Source of the DNA: Anaerolineae bacterium
Lineage (GTDB): Bacteria; Chloroflexota; Anaerolineae; B4-G1; DUEL01
Assembly: GCA_041082215.1 (NCBI GenBank)
Contig: JBDOIF010000118.1
Location: 62,001-117,067 of the forward strand
Direction of reading: 5' to 3'
Length of the DNA stretch: 55,067 nucleotides
The position numbers were made by a program, and so were the translations under genes. Every line of letters starts with the position of its first letter. Position 1 is the first letter of the stretch. Of the stretch, positions 26,356-36,643 are shown piece by piece. The notes beneath the pieces are model-generated. The model made no database searches and had not been told where the DNA came from. It worked only from the letters and a program-made list of their open reading frames with translations.

Positions 26356-28047
26356 TCAGGGGGCGATCCCCAGCATCGGGAACAGCCGGGATGCCAGCCG
26401 CGAAAAGACAACGGCTGCTGTCTCCGAACCCCAGGGCGACGTCCGTGGCCGGTCCAGCCGCACCAATATGAGGAGCTGGGGATCGTCCGCCGGTCCATAC
26501 CCCACGAACGAAGCGATGGTCCAGCGGAGATCGTACCCACCAGGGATGGGGATCTGAGAGGTGCCGGTCTTTCCTGCGATGCGGTAACCGGGCACCTGGG
26601 CCTGGGGCATCCACCGCTCCACTGCCTGGGCCAGAATCTCCGTCACCGTGCGGGCGGTCTCCGATGAAATCGGCTGCCCCCGCATCACTGGCTGGGACTC
26701 GACCACGGTCCCATCGGGGAGGACCTGCCGGGCGACCAGATAGGGCCGCATCAGCCGGCCCCCGTTGGCCACCGCTGCCACTGCCGAAGCCACCTGGACC
26801 GGCGTCGCGGCCAGCCCCTGCCCGAAACTATTTGCCCCCAGATCGGAGTCGTGCCAGTCCAGGTTCCCCGGCATCCGCACCTGTCCCGCTTCCTCCCCCT
26901 GCAGGTCCACCCCCGTCGGTCGGCCGAAGCCGAAGGCCCGGATATAGGGATAGAAGGTATCCGGCCCCATCTGCAGGGCCAGCCAGACCGCGCCGACGTT
27001 GAGGGAATGGCCCATCAGGCCCACCAGGTCCTGTTCGCCATAGGCCCTGCCGTCCCAGTTGTTGAACAGCCGCCCCCCGACCTCGATCTGGCCAGCATCC
27101 ACGTACCGGCTCTGGGGGACGACCCTTCCGCTATCCAGTGCCGCCGCCAGGGTGAAAATCTTGAAGACCGAGCCGGGTTCGTACACGGAGCCGATGGCCG
27201 GACTCAAAAACCGCTTCTCCTCCTCCCAGAGGATGTACTGGTCGTACCGATTGGGGTCGAAGGAGGGGGCGCTGGCCATAGCCAGAATCGCCCCGGTGCG
27301 GGGGTCCATCACAACGATGGAGCCGCCCTCGGCGCCGAACGCCTCCAGCCCCCAGGCCAGCTCCTCCTCCACCACCGCCTGCACGGCCAGATCCACGGTC
27401 AGCACCAGGTCGTTCCCCCTCATCGGGAGAGGGACCCTGCCCTCCTCCTGGGGCAGCGGCCAGCGGCCCGACGGACCGGTCTCCCCCTCCCACACCTCTA
27501 TCGGGGGTCGGAGCACCCGGTCATAGTACCCCTCCAGGCCGTAGAACCCCTCCCCGCCCAGGCTGACGAAGCCCAGCAGGTGAGCAGCCATCGTCCCCTG
27601 GGGGTATCGCCGCACCCAGCGGAGGTAGGCGTTCACGCCCTCCATCTCCAACTGGCGGACTGCCTCTCCCTGTTCCAGCGTTGCCAGCGGCTCCAGGCTC
27701 ACCCAGGTCACGTTCCTCCTCAGCTCCGCCTCCAGGGCCTCTGGCGGCACCTGCAGGATGGACGCCAGCTGAGCGGCCGCAGCAGCGGGGTCTTTAACGA
27801 ACGGGGGATTGGCCTCGATGGCATACCGTGGTTCATCCACGGCAAGCGGGAAGCCATCCCGGTCGTAGATCTCCCCCCAGCGGGGATCGGGGGATACCAG
27901 CCGGTGCTCCCGCTCCGCCTGGGCCTGCTGGCGCAGCTCACTGCCGAGGGCGACCTGCACCTGGATCAGGCGAAAGGCCAGCAGGAGAGCAACTCCCACC
28001 AGCAATGTCACCAGGAAGTTCAGCCGGCGGTGCAGGTAGTGGGCCAT
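26356..28047 (-). CDS. ftsI: Class B penicillin-binding protein (FtsI-like)
   Basis: Intact SVFK (SxxK), SLN (SxN) and KTG motifs; downstream of the ftsL-like gene. Confidence 0.92.
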   Translation of the reverse strand: MAHYLHRRLNFLVTLLVGVALLLAFRLIQVQVALGSELRQQAQAEREHRLVSPDPRWGEIYDRDGFPLAVDEPRYAIEANPPFVKDPAAAAAQLASILQVPPEALEAELRRNVTWVSLEPLATLEQGEAVRQLEMEGVNAYLRWVRRYPQGTMAAHLLGFVSLGGEGFYGLEGYYDRVLRPPIEVWEGETGPSGRWPLPQEEGRVPLPMRGNDLVLTVDLAVQAVVEEELAWGLEAFGAEGGSIVVMDPRTGAILAMASAPSFDPNRYDQYILWEEEKRFLSPAIGSVYEPGSVFKIFTLAAALDSGRVVPQSRYVDAGQIEVGGRLFNNWDGRAYGEQDLVGLMGHSLNVGAVWLALQMGPDTFYPYIRAFGFGRPTGVDLQGEEAGQVRMPGNLDWHDSDLGANSFGQGLAATPVQVASAVAAVANGGRLMRPYLVARQVLPDGTVVESQPVMRGQPISSETARTVTEILAQAVERWMPQAQVPGYRIAGKTGTSQIPIPGGYDLRWTIASFVGYGPADDPQLLILVRLDRPRTSPWGSETAAVVFSRLASRLFPMLGIAP

Positions 28048-28048
28048 C

Positions 28049-28432
28049 TTACGGCTCTACAAATTCCACCCGCTCAGCCGGCATGAACCCCATCGCCTCC
28101 GCTGCCTGATGGAGTCGGTCGAGCGTCAGGTACTCAGCCAGTTGTTGTTCCAGCACGGCGTTTTCCTTCTGAAGCAGAGCCAGTTCATCCCGCATAGCCT
28201 GGATGCGTCGGGCGGCTATCGCCGTCTGGCTGACCAGCACCAGGTAGCTGCCGGCCACCAGCCAGACCAGGACCAGCACCGCCAGCAGTACCGCCGCTGT
28301 CCGACGGCTCAGCTCCGTGCCTCTGGGAAATCCAAAGGGCCAGAACCCCCTCCGTCCGCCTGACCCGCCTTCCGGGTTCTGACCCCTGGGCCTGGGGGCC
28401 TGGGATCGCTTTTCAGAACGCTGGGTTGTCAT
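28049..28432 (-). CDS. ftsL: FtsL-like cell division protein
   Basis: Basic N-terminus, TM and leucine coiled coil ending A..MGF; lies between rsmH and ftsI. Confidence 0.7.
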   Translation of the reverse strand: MTTQRSEKRSQAPRPRGQNPEGGSGGRRGFWPFGFPRGTELSRRTAAVLLAVLVLVWLVAGSYLVLVSQTAIAARRIQAMRDELALLQKENAVLEQQLAEYLTLDRLHQAAEAMGFMPAERVEFVEP

Positions 28433-29397
28433 AGGCGCTCCGCTGCTCTCAACCGGGCCGACCGCGCCCGGGGGTTGGCCTCCACCTCCGCTGGCTCAGG
28501 ACGGACTGGCCTGCGGGTGAGGGGCCGGAGCCGGGCCTTGTGGCCGCAGGTGCAGATCGGCGCTTCGGGCGGGCAGATGCAATCCCGCGCCTCCCGTTGC
28601 AGGAACCGTTTGACGATACGGTCCTCCAGCGAATGGAAACTGATCACCACCAGCCGCCCCCCGGGCCGGAGGAGGTCGAGCGCCTGAGGCAATGCCGCCT
28701 CCAGCGCCTCCAGCTCCCCGTTGACGGCGATGCGAAGCGCCTGGAAGGTTCGGGTGGCGGGGTGGATCCGCTCCGGGCGGCCTACCGCCCGCTCGACCAC
28801 CTCCGCAAGCTGCCGGGTGGTCCCCAGCGGCCGGGCCGCGACGATGGCTTCGGCGATGCGACGGGCTTGCCGCTCCTCCCCGTAGCGGTATAATAAGCCC
28901 GCCAGCTCTTTAACAGACAGACTGTTCACCAGGTCGGCCGCGGTCGGTCCGGGGGCGGTCGGGTCGAACCGCATGTCCAGCGGCCCTTCCTGGGAGAAGG
29001 CGAACCCCCGCGCCGGGTCGGCAAGCTGGAGGGAGGATAGCCCCAGGTCCAGCAGAATCCCGTCGGCGGGGGCGAACCCCTCTGCCAGTTGGGCCAGAGC
29101 GGCAAAGGAGCCGTGCCGCAACACAGCCCGCCCGCCGAAGCGGGCCAATCTCCTCCCGGCCGCCTCCAGCGCCGCCGGGTCCCGATCCAGACCCAGCAGC
29201 CGCCCGTCAGGGGCGGAAGATTCCAGAATGGCCTCCGCGTGCCCGCCCCCGCCCACCGTCCCGTCCAGATAGACGCCTCCAGGCCGCACCTGCAGGAAGG
29301 AAAGGGCCGATTGTAAAAGGACCGGGACGTGGACAGCAAACTCTCCCCGCCCCGGTTCCGTCCGTCCAGTGGAGCTTAGACCCCCAGGGCCGCCCAT
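28429..29397 (-). CDS. rsmH: 16S rRNA (cytosine1402-N4)-methyltransferase
   Basis: [45 protein letters not shown]; the only nearby in-frame ATG overlaps the end of mraZ. Confidence 0.96.
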   Translation of the reverse strand: MGGPGGLSSTGRTEPGRGEFAVHVPVLLQSALSFLQVRPGGVYLDGTVGGGGHAEAILESSAPDGRLLGLDRDPAALEAAGRRLARFGGRAVLRHGSFAALAQLAEGFAPADGILLDLGLSSLQLADPARGFAFSQEGPLDMRFDPTAPGPTAADLVNSLSVKELAGLLYRYGEERQARRIAEAIVAARPLGTTRQLAEVVERAVGRPERIHPATRTFQALRIAVNGELEALEAALPQALDLLRPGGRLVVISFHSLEDRIVKRFLQREARDCICPPEAPICTCGHKARLRPLTRRPVRPEPAEVEANPRARSARLRAAERL

Positions 29398-29804
29398 CGC
29401 TCGGTGTTGTCTGCGTCCTCCTCCACCCGCTCCTGCACGCCAGCCCAGGCGTCGGGGCTCCAGACCTCAATGTAAGTGTCGCAGCCGGCGATCACGACCT
29501 GCCCATCCAGGCCAGCGTATTCCCGGAGCTGCTGGGGGATGTTGATCCGCCCCTGCCCGTCGGGGACGGTATCGGCGGCGCTGGCGAAGAGCAACCGCCG
29601 GAAATCCCGCACCGTCCGGTCCGTCATCGGCAGGTTGGCGACCCGCTCCTTCAACACCCGCCACGACTCCATCGGGTAGATGACCAGACAGCGGTCTATC
29701 CCCTTGGTGACGACAAGGCCCGTCGCCAGTTCCCCCCGGAACTTGGCGGGGATGGTCAGCCGCCCCTTTTCGTCAATCGTGTGCAGATACTCTCCCAAGA
29801 ACAT
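29376..29804 (-). CDS. mraZ: Division/cell wall cluster transcriptional repressor MraZ
   Basis: [17 protein letters not shown] and a second D.QGRI.IP repeat. Confidence 0.97.
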   Translation of the reverse strand: MFLGEYLHTIDEKGRLTIPAKFRGELATGLVVTKGIDRCLVIYPMESWRVLKERVANLPMTDRTVRDFRRLLFASAADTVPDGQGRINIPQQLREYAGLDGQVVIAGCDTYIEVWSPDAWAGVQERVEEDADNTERWAALGV

Positions 29805-29859
29805 CTGTTCTACATCCCCCACCGGGACCGTTGACAAACGACCGGTAAAGGGCGTATGC

Positions 29860-29911
29860 CCCACTTTGACCCACTTTATCCCATTATATACCACTTTTTG
29901 CCCCACGTCTA
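29860..29911 (-). promoter_or_regulatory. dcw promoter with five MraZ-type direct repeats (GTGGG at ~10-bp period)
   Basis: Plus-strand CCCAC-like units at 29860, 29870, 29880, 29890 and 29902; minus-strand TAGACG (29911-29906), 17 bp, TATAAT (29888-29883). Confidence 0.85.
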
Positions 29912-30074
29912 GTACCTGCGGAATTTTTTAAGCTTTCTCCCGCTGCCAGACCCTCTGGGAGAAGTTTTGCCAGGCCCAACTCGCGTCCGAACCTCGGAGA
30001 GCACAACTTGACGACAACCTGCGCCCGTGTTACACTCGGTTACTTGAGGAATTACGCCCTTACAGAGGGGAAAG

Positions 30075-30158
30075 ACCACGGGGACACAGAGAGCACGGAG
30101 AAACATCGGGAAACCTTGAAATTTCTATCGAACTCCGTGCCCTCCGTGTCCCTGTGGT
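30075..30158. repeat. 26-bp imperfect inverted repeat built from 9-mer units (CACRGRGRR), 32-bp spacer
   Basis: accacggggacacagagagcacggag versus the reverse complement of 30133-30158, accacagggacacggagggcacggag (3 mismatches). Confidence 0.8.
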
Positions 30159-30228
30159 GAGAAGAGATCCAGGTGCGCTTCGGGCTGCCGCAGCGTGCTA
30201 TCTGGGGGAAAGGGATGGGAGAAGGAAA

Positions 30229-31146
30229 ATGAACCGATCGAGCCTGCGATCCAGAAGGGGACAGGACATATGGATGGTTGTGGGGTGGCTTTTCCTGGTC
30301 GCCCTGGGGATAGCGCTTGTCTGGTACGGGTTCGGCCAGCCGGAGACGGCAGGGCCACCACCGACAGCCACCGAGCCGGGGGGCCTGCTGCCGCTCACCC
30401 CACTGGTGAACACGCCGGGGGCAACCGTTCCGCTGCCGTCCCCTACCCCTACGGCCGGACCGCCGACCGCCGCCCCCCTGCCGACAGCGACTCCTGAGCC
30501 AACCGCCATCCCCGCCACGCCGACCCCTGCCGTTCCCCTCGTCCGCGCCGGGGAGAATGGGGTGAACGTCCGCACCGGTCCGGGCACCAACTACCCTATT
30601 ATCGGCTTCCTCCAGCCGGGGACGGAGGCCCCGGTGACCGGCCGCTATGGGGAGTGGTGGCAGATCCAATACGGTGGGACGACCGGCTGGGTCTACAACG
30701 GCGTCGTCACCTCTGCCAACACAGAAGGGGTGCCCCAGGTCGTGCCGCCCCCCAGCCCGACGCCCGTGCCCCCCACCGCCACCCCAACCCCCACCACTTC
30801 ACCGACCCCTTCCAGCGTCCGGGGGTTGGTGGCCAACAACTACTGGGTAGAAGGAGCCCCCGGTCCCTACGCCGCCAACCAGGACATCTGGTTCAATATG
30901 GACATCACCAACACCTCGAACCAGACGGTAGCCTACACGGCTCTGGGGACGTGGGTGGAGGAGACAGGGCAGTTCCAGAAAAGCTGGTCCTACTCCTCCT
31001 TCGCGCCCGGGCAGCACTTCACCCACAGGGACCGCATCAATCAGTTCAAGCTGGGGCCGGGCAGCTACCACCTGTGGCTGATGATCTGCTTCTCCGACGG
31101 GACCTGTGTGAAGTTGAGAGGGCCGATCTCTATCACCGTGCAGTAA
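30229..31146 (+). CDS. Membrane-anchored SH3b-domain protein with Pro/Thr-rich linkers and a C-terminal beta-sandwich-like domain
   Basis: TM helix; PTATP repeats; VNVRTGPGTNY..IG.L..G...W.QI...GWV SH3b motif. Confidence 0.8.
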   Translation: MNRSSLRSRRGQDIWMVVGWLFLVALGIALVWYGFGQPETAGPPPTATEPGGLLPLTPLVNTPGATVPLPSPTPTAGPPTAAPLPTATPEPTAIPATPTPAVPLVRAGENGVNVRTGPGTNYPIIGFLQPGTEAPVTGRYGEWWQIQYGGTTGWVYNGVVTSANTEGVPQVVPPPSPTPVPPTATPTPTTSPTPSSVRGLVANNYWVEGAPGPYAANQDIWFNMDITNTSNQTVAYTALGTWVEETGQFQKSWSYSSFAPGQHFTHRDRINQFKLGPGSYHLWLMICFSDGTCVKLRGPISITVQ

Positions 31147-31174
31147 AGCCCCGGTCGGGCCGCCAAACAACGGG

Positions 31175-31990
31175 ATGCAGAAGGCAAAGGCAGTCGTTGA
31201 AGTGGTGATCGTCTTCAGCCTTACCATGCTGCTCATAGCACTGGTAAGTCTATCGCCCATCGGCAGGTGGGAAAGACAGGTATCCAACCGGCCCTTCGTT
31301 GAGTATGCAGTGATGATCGCCTTTCCCTTGCTTGTAGCGGCTGCTACCCGCAGAAACCTGGCGGCCTGTGGTCTATCCTTGCGCAACATCTCATATCATC
31401 TGGATATAGCAGCAACCGCATTTGTGCCTGTGGCCGTCGCCAGCGCCGTATTCGCCCTTGTTGATTACAGGGTATGGCAGGGTTCGCTTATCCTGGCTGC
31501 TGTACAGATCGCCGTCCTTTTCGCGTCAGGCTGGTTATTGCAGCACAAGCCGACAGCGAGCGAGAAGGGAGCTTCCCCTGGCACGATCTTGCCGATAACC
31601 TGCCTGGGACTCTTTACCGGTGCCCGGCTGGGGAATGCTGTATCTGCCTTTGTCTTCTACGTCTTCTTTCTCGGGTTCGGGGAGGAGCTTTTGTTCCGGG
31701 GGTACATCCAGTCCAGGCTGAATGCGGCTTTTGGGAGACCGTTCCGGTTTTTCGGCGTTCACTGGGGCTGGGGGGTCGTGATCACCGCCGGCCTCTTTGG
31801 GTTGATGCATGCTATCAACACAGGCAGTCTGGTCAGCAGTCGCTGGGAACCGGCGTGGTGGTGGGGCTTCTGGACATTCTTTGGCGGCCTGGTCTTGGGC
31901 TTTGTCCGGGAAAAGAGCGGCAGCATCATCGCGCCTGCGATTCTGCACGGGCTACCGCAGGCCATTGCGTGCGCTGCGCTCGGCCTTTAG
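31175..31990 (+). CDS. CPBP (Abi/CAAX) intramembrane metalloprotease
   Basis: EELLFRG, FGLMH and a C-terminal H motif; multiple TMs. Confidence 0.88.
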   Translation: MQKAKAVVEVVIVFSLTMLLIALVSLSPIGRWERQVSNRPFVEYAVMIAFPLLVAAATRRNLAACGLSLRNISYHLDIAATAFVPVAVASAVFALVDYRVWQGSLILAAVQIAVLFASGWLLQHKPTASEKGASPGTILPITCLGLFTGARLGNAVSAFVFYVFFLGFGEELLFRGYIQSRLNAAFGRPFRFFGVHWGWGVVITAGLFGLMHAINTGSLVSSRWEPAWWWGFWTFFGGLVLGFVREKSGSIIAPAILHGLPQAIACAALGL

Positions 31991-32038
31991 GGCCAGCCCG
32001 CGCCTGAAGCCGATGTCGCCCTGGTTGTGGTGCAAGAT

Positions 32039-35000
32039 TCAATCCTGCGCCACGTGTGCCAGCTTCTCCAGCCGCCGCAGCTCCTCCAGAAGCGATTGCG
32101 GCGAGAGCGCGCTTTTGCGCATCAGCCCCTGGATGTGTTCGTCGAGGGCCTTCCGTTCCTCGGGCGTCACGTCTATAGCGGTGAGGACGGTGATCGGGAT
32201 GCCGGCCGTCTCCGGGTCGGCGCGGAGCGCCTCCAGCACCTCAAAACCGCTCATCTTAGGAAGCAGGAGGTCCAGAAGAATAGCGCCGGGCCGTTCGCTT
32301 CGCGCTACAGAAAGCCCCTCCTCCCCATCATAAGCTGCCAGCAGCGTGAAAGGCTCATCGCGGAGAAACTCCTGGAGCAGGGGGACGAGGGCGGGATCGT
32401 CGTCTATCACCAGCACCTCAAGCCTTCCCCCGGCACGCCCGAGGGGGATGAGCCGTCTGAGCAGAGCCCGCAACTCCCCCCGATCCACCGGCTTGGTCAT
32501 AAACTCCACCGCCCCCAGGCTGAACGCCAGTTCCCGGTCCTCCAGCGCCGAGACGATCAGGACAGGGATCTCCCGGGTCTGGGGGTTTGATTTCAGCGCA
32601 CGCAACACCTCCCATCCGTCCCGATCGGGCAGCATAATGTCCAGCATGATCAGGTCGGGCTTCAGCTCCTGCGCCCGTCTCACCACCCGGGCGCCGCTGT
32701 AGTGCTGGAAGGGGAGATACCCTTCCTGGCGCAGATAGAAGGCCAGCAGGTTGCTGAACTGGCGGTCATCCTCAACGACCATTACCTTCCTGACACTGGG
32801 AGAAATCTCCCTTTCTGACCTTTCGCCTTCGGGGATCGAAGGGCCGGCGAGCGGAACGATGAAGGAGAAAGTAGCCCCCTCTCCCCACCGGCTTTCGACC
32901 CAGATACGGCCGCCGTGCATCTCGACCAGCCGCTTGCTGATCGCCAGCCCCAGGCCCGTGCCCGTCATCTCCCGGGGAGCGGTGCTTTCCGCCTGGCGGA
33001 ACTCTTCAAAGATGATCTCCTGGTCTTCCGGCCTGATCCCAATACCGGTGTCGCTCACCGAAAAGAGCATCCCCGCCGCGTCGGCCGGGCGGCAGGAGAG
33101 GGTAATCCGCCCCTCAGCGGGGGTGAACTTATGGGCGTTGCTGAGCAGGTTCAGCAGGACCTGTTTGATGCGGAACCGGTCGGCGGTGAGGGGAGGCAGC
33201 TCTTCCGGATATTGAACCGTGAGGAGCTGGGACTTTTTGGCGATCAGCGGCGCGACCGTCGCCTGAACCTCCGCCAGCAATTCCTTCACATCGAAGGCCG
33301 TCGGTGAGAGCTTCATCCGACCGGCCTCGATCTTGGAGAGATCGAGGATGTCGTTGATCAGGGCCAGAAGGTGTTGCCCGCTGCTGTGGATATCCTGAAC
33401 ACACTCCTTCTGCTCCGGCGTCAGGTCGCCAACCAGGCCGTCCATCAGCACCTCAGAGAAGCCGATAATCGAGTTGAGGGGGGTACGGAGCTCATGGCTC
33501 ATGGTGGCCAGGAACTGGCTCTTGAGCCGATCCAGCTCCTGGAGGCGGATATTCGCATCTTCCAGCGCCTTCGCCCGCTCCTGAAGCTCGGCCCGGGCTG
33601 CTTCCACCTCATCGAAAAGGCGGGCCCGCTGGATCAGCACCGCCAGGTTGCCGGCCAGTGTGCTCATCAGCCGCTGGTCGTCGGGGGTGAAGGCATTGAG
33701 CCGGACGCTCTCGACGTTGATGACGCCAATCACCTCCTGATCCACTACCAGCGGGACGCAGAGCTCGGAGCGGGCGGATGGATCCGCCTCGAAGTAGCGA
33801 GGCTCGGCCCGCACGTCCGGGACCAGCACAGGCTCCCCCGTCTGCGCCACCCAGCCGGTGATCCCCTCGCCTGCGGGAAGCCGTAACCCCCTGACCGTTT
33901 CAGGAGGGTAACCAACGCCGACCTCCAGACGGAGGGCCTGGCTTTCCGGCTCCAGCAGCATCACGGCCACACGGCTGCCCTCCAGGGCAGCAGCAAGCGC
34001 CTCCGCCGCAGCCTGAAGAACATCCCTCAAATGGAGCCCGGAGGCGGCAGCCAGGCTCACGTTGTGGAGAAGTTGCAGCTCCCGCACCCGCCGCTGGGTC
34101 TCGGCAAAGAGACGCGCCCCCTCCAGGGCGACGGCCGCCTGATTGACCAGCGTCTGGCCCAGGCCGATCTCGCTTTCGGTGAACTGGCGGGGGCCTCCGC
34201 TCTCCCAGACCTCGGCGAAGCCCAGCACCCGGTCCCGGGCCACCATCGGCAGGATCAGCTTGGCATAAGCTCCATACGCTTCCAGGTCTGCCCGCTCCTG
34301 GGGGTCGGCCCGGGGGTCCTCCACCTGCACCTGGAGCGGTTGCCGGTCGGCCAGTGCCTGGACGGTAGCAGGGTAATCGGAAAGGGGGTAGGTCTGGCCC
34401 AACTCCGATACCTGCTCCTTTAGGCTGGCCGCACGGGCCATATATTCGGCGATGATCGTGCAGGTATCCCTTTCCTCATCCAGGCCATAGATCTCCACGC
34501 TGGTCCCGTTGAGGGCCTCGCAGAGGTGGCGGGCGACGTAAGCGAGGATCTGCTCCTCCTCCAGAGTGGCCGAAAGGGCGGCAGCGAAGCCGCGGAGCAG
34601 GTTCGCCTCCTGAAGCTGGGCGCGGGTTCGCTCGTAGAGGCGGGCGTTCTCGATGGCCAGCGCCACCTGGTTGCCAAAGGCGGCGGCAAACCGAGCCTGC
34701 TCCTGGTTGTAAGCCCCTGCACGACGTGAGAGGGTGACCAGCACGCCGATGGGCCTCTCTTTGACAACGAGGGGTACGCCCAGCCAGGCGTGGAAAGGTT
34801 CAGCCTCCTCAAACGGACACCAGGCGGGGTCTGCGTGCAAGTCCTCGACGGTCAGCGGCTCCTGCCGACGGAGGGTTTCCTGCACCAGTGGGAGGGCCTC
34901 CAGCCTGAACCCCCTGGCGAGCCGGCCAGAGCGGTCCATCCCCTGGGAAGCGACAAACCAGCAGGTATCGCCACGGACCAGGCCGATCAAGGCCGCATCG

Positions 35001-36643
35001 TATGGCACGATCCCCCTGAGCTCGTCCAGCACCTGGTCGAGCAGCTTATCCAGCTGGAGGGTCCGGCTCAGGGCAGTGGCGGTGTTCAGCAGGGTGCGGG
35101 CGATCTCCCGCTCCCGGGCGACCGCTTCGAAGAGGCGGGCGTTTTCCACCGCGATGCCGATCTGTCGGCCGACGGCGATCAGCAGCGCCTGGTCGTCCTC
35201 GGAAACAGTGTGCGGGCCGGTGTCAAAGAGGCCGATCGTGCCCACAGGCCGGTCCTTATGGCAAATGGGCACGCCCAGGTAGGCCCGAAACCCCGCCTCC
35301 AGCAGCTTAATCACCTCCGGCGACGAATCTGCCCCCAACCCCTCCATCGTCAGGGGTCGTCCCATCCGGTATACAGCCTCACACGGAGTTCCGGCAAGAC
35401 CCGTCGCCTGAAGTTGCCGGGTGAGAGCAAGGGGCAGCCCCCGGTGGGCAAAGAGGACCAATTCACCGGTGTGCTCGTCGCTCAGACAGATCAGGCCAGC
35501 GTCGAAATCCAATGCTTCGATCATGTAAGAGAGGGCCTGGTCCAGGGTTTGAGACAACTCCATAGAAGAAGAGAGAGTCTGGGCGATCGCATGAAGGGTT
35601 GAAAGCTCCCGGGAGCGGCGCCGGACGGCCTCTTCTGACTGGGCCCGCTCCAGGGCCCGGCTGAGGATCTGGGCCACGTTTCTGAGGAAACCGATCTCTT
35701 CCCGCTCCCACTCCCTGGATCGGACGGTGTCGTCGAAGCTGAAGAATCCGTAGAGCGTGCCGTGGACGTAGAGGGGGCTACAGAGAATAGAGCGAGCCCC
35801 CCGGGCCTTCAGGAATCTCCTCTCCGGAGGAGGGAGCTGATCTATGTCCGAGACGGCGATGACCTCCTGTGCCCGGAGCTTTTCCGTCCACCAGGTAAGG
35901 GGAGAAAGCTCCACGTCCTGTGAAAGTTTTTGTTGGGAAGGGGTTCCCCCATCCACCCACTCGTGGGTGTTGCTCATCCGGCCCCCGCCGTCGTGGATGC
36001 GGAAGAGGTAGGCGCGGCTGGCGTTCAACACCGTGCCGGCTGCTCGCAGCGTTTCTCTGATCGCCTCATCCGGGTCGGAAGGCTCCACAAACCGGGCGGA
36101 GATCTGACTGAGGACCCGCTCCATTTGCAGATAATAGGTCTGCCGGGCCTCGGCCTGCTGTCGTTCCGTAACATCTCGGATAATTGCGACAGTATTCCAC
36201 CAGCCCCTGATCTTGACCGTCGAGAGGGAGGCCTCGACGGGGAAGAGCGTCCCATCCTTTCGCCTGGCTGTCAGTTCAACGACCCTTCCGGCAACGGCCT
36301 CTTCGCCAGCGCTCCGGTATCGGGCGAACTCCTCCTTGTAAAGCCGGTCGTAGTGGGGTGGCGCAATCAGGCTGTGGAGCGGCTGGCCTATTGCTTCCTC
36401 TTTTGAGTAGCCGAACATCCGCTCCGCCGCCTGGTTCCAGAAGGACACATTCCCCTCCTGATCGGCGATGACGATCGCATCCCAGGCTACAGCGGCGATC
36501 TTCTCCAGCCGCTCTTCGCTCTCCCGGAGGGCCTTCTCCGTCCGCTCGTGCGTCTTCTCCGACTCCTGGAGTTCGGCCAGACGGTGGCGCAGCTCCTTTA
36601 GTTCCTCCAGCAACTGTTCGGGGCTTTTCCCTGTATCTTTCAT
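32039..36643 (-). CDS. Hybrid sensor histidine kinase (PAS, 5xGAF, HisKA, HATPase, 2xREC)
   Basis: PAS (WNQAAERMFGY...DVTER); five GAF-like blocks; SHELRTPL, NLLSNA.KFT, DTGIGI and GTGLGL; two receivers (DIMLP, DLLLP). Confidence 0.93.
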   Translation of the reverse strand: MKDTGKSPEQLLEELKELRHRLAELQESEKTHERTEKALRESEERLEKIAAVAWDAIVIADQEGNVSFWNQAAERMFGYSKEEAIGQPLHSLIAPPHYDRLYKEEFARYRSAGEEAVAGRVVELTARRKDGTLFPVEASLSTVKIRGWWNTVAIIRDVTERQQAEARQTYYLQMERVLSQISARFVEPSDPDEAIRETLRAAGTVLNASRAYLFRIHDGGGRMSNTHEWVDGGTPSQQKLSQDVELSPLTWWTEKLRAQEVIAVSDIDQLPPPERRFLKARGARSILCSPLYVHGTLYGFFSFDDTVRSREWEREEIGFLRNVAQILSRALERAQSEEAVRRRSRELSTLHAIAQTLSSSMELSQTLDQALSYMIEALDFDAGLICLSDEHTGELVLFAHRGLPLALTRQLQATGLAGTPCEAVYRMGRPLTMEGLGADSSPEVIKLLEAGFRAYLGVPICHKDRPVGTIGLFDTGPHTVSEDDQALLIAVGRQIGIAVENARLFEAVAREREIARTLLNTATALSRTLQLDKLLDQVLDELRGIVPYDAALIGLVRGDTCWFVASQGMDRSGRLARGFRLEALPLVQETLRRQEPLTVEDLHADPAWCPFEEAEPFHAWLGVPLVVKERPIGVLVTLSRRAGAYNQEQARFAAAFGNQVALAIENARLYERTRAQLQEANLLRGFAAALSATLEEEQILAYVARHLCEALNGTSVEIYGLDEERDTCTIIAEYMARAASLKEQVSELGQTYPLSDYPATVQALADRQPLQVQVEDPRADPQERADLEAYGAYAKLILPMVARDRVLGFAEVWESGGPRQFTESEIGLGQTLVNQAAVALEGARLFAETQRRVRELQLLHNVSLAAASGLHLRDVLQAAAEALAAALEGSRVAVMLLEPESQALRLEVGVGYPPETVRGLRLPAGEGITGWVAQTGEPVLVPDVRAEPRYFEADPSARSELCVPLVVDQEVIGVINVESVRLNAFTPDDQRLMSTLAGNLAVLIQRARLFDEVEAARAELQERAKALEDANIRLQELDRLKSQFLATMSHELRTPLNSIIGFSEVLMDGLVGDLTPEQKECVQDIHSSGQHLLALINDILDLSKIEAGRMKLSPTAFDVKELLAEVQATVAPLIAKKSQLLTVQYPEELPPLTADRFRIKQVLLNLLSNAHKFTPAEGRITLSCRPADAAGMLFSVSDTGIGIRPEDQEIIFEEFRQAESTAPREMTGTGLGLAISKRLVEMHGGRIWVESRWGEGATFSFIVPLAGPSIPEGERSEREISPSVRKVMVVEDDRQFSNLLAFYLRQEGYLPFQHYSGARVVRRAQELKPDLIMLDIMLPDRDGWEVLRALKSNPQTREIPVLIVSALEDRELAFSLGAVEFMTKPVDRGELRALLRRLIPLGRAGGRLEVLVIDDDPALVPLLQEFLRDEPFTLLAAYDGEEGLSVARSERPGAILLDLLLPKMSGFEVLEALRADPETAGIPITVLTAIDVTPEERKALDEHIQGLMRKSALSPQSLLEELRRLEKLAHVAQD

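Noticed and set aside
29335..29397. Possible rsmH frameshift, since a TTG after a GGAG lies out of frame
   Set aside because: An in-frame ATG at 29397 gives an intact protein, so there is no need to invoke a pseudogene
30420..30810. Repetitive C-rich DNA in the SH3 gene
   Set aside because: Explained by ordinary Pro/Thr-rich linker coding
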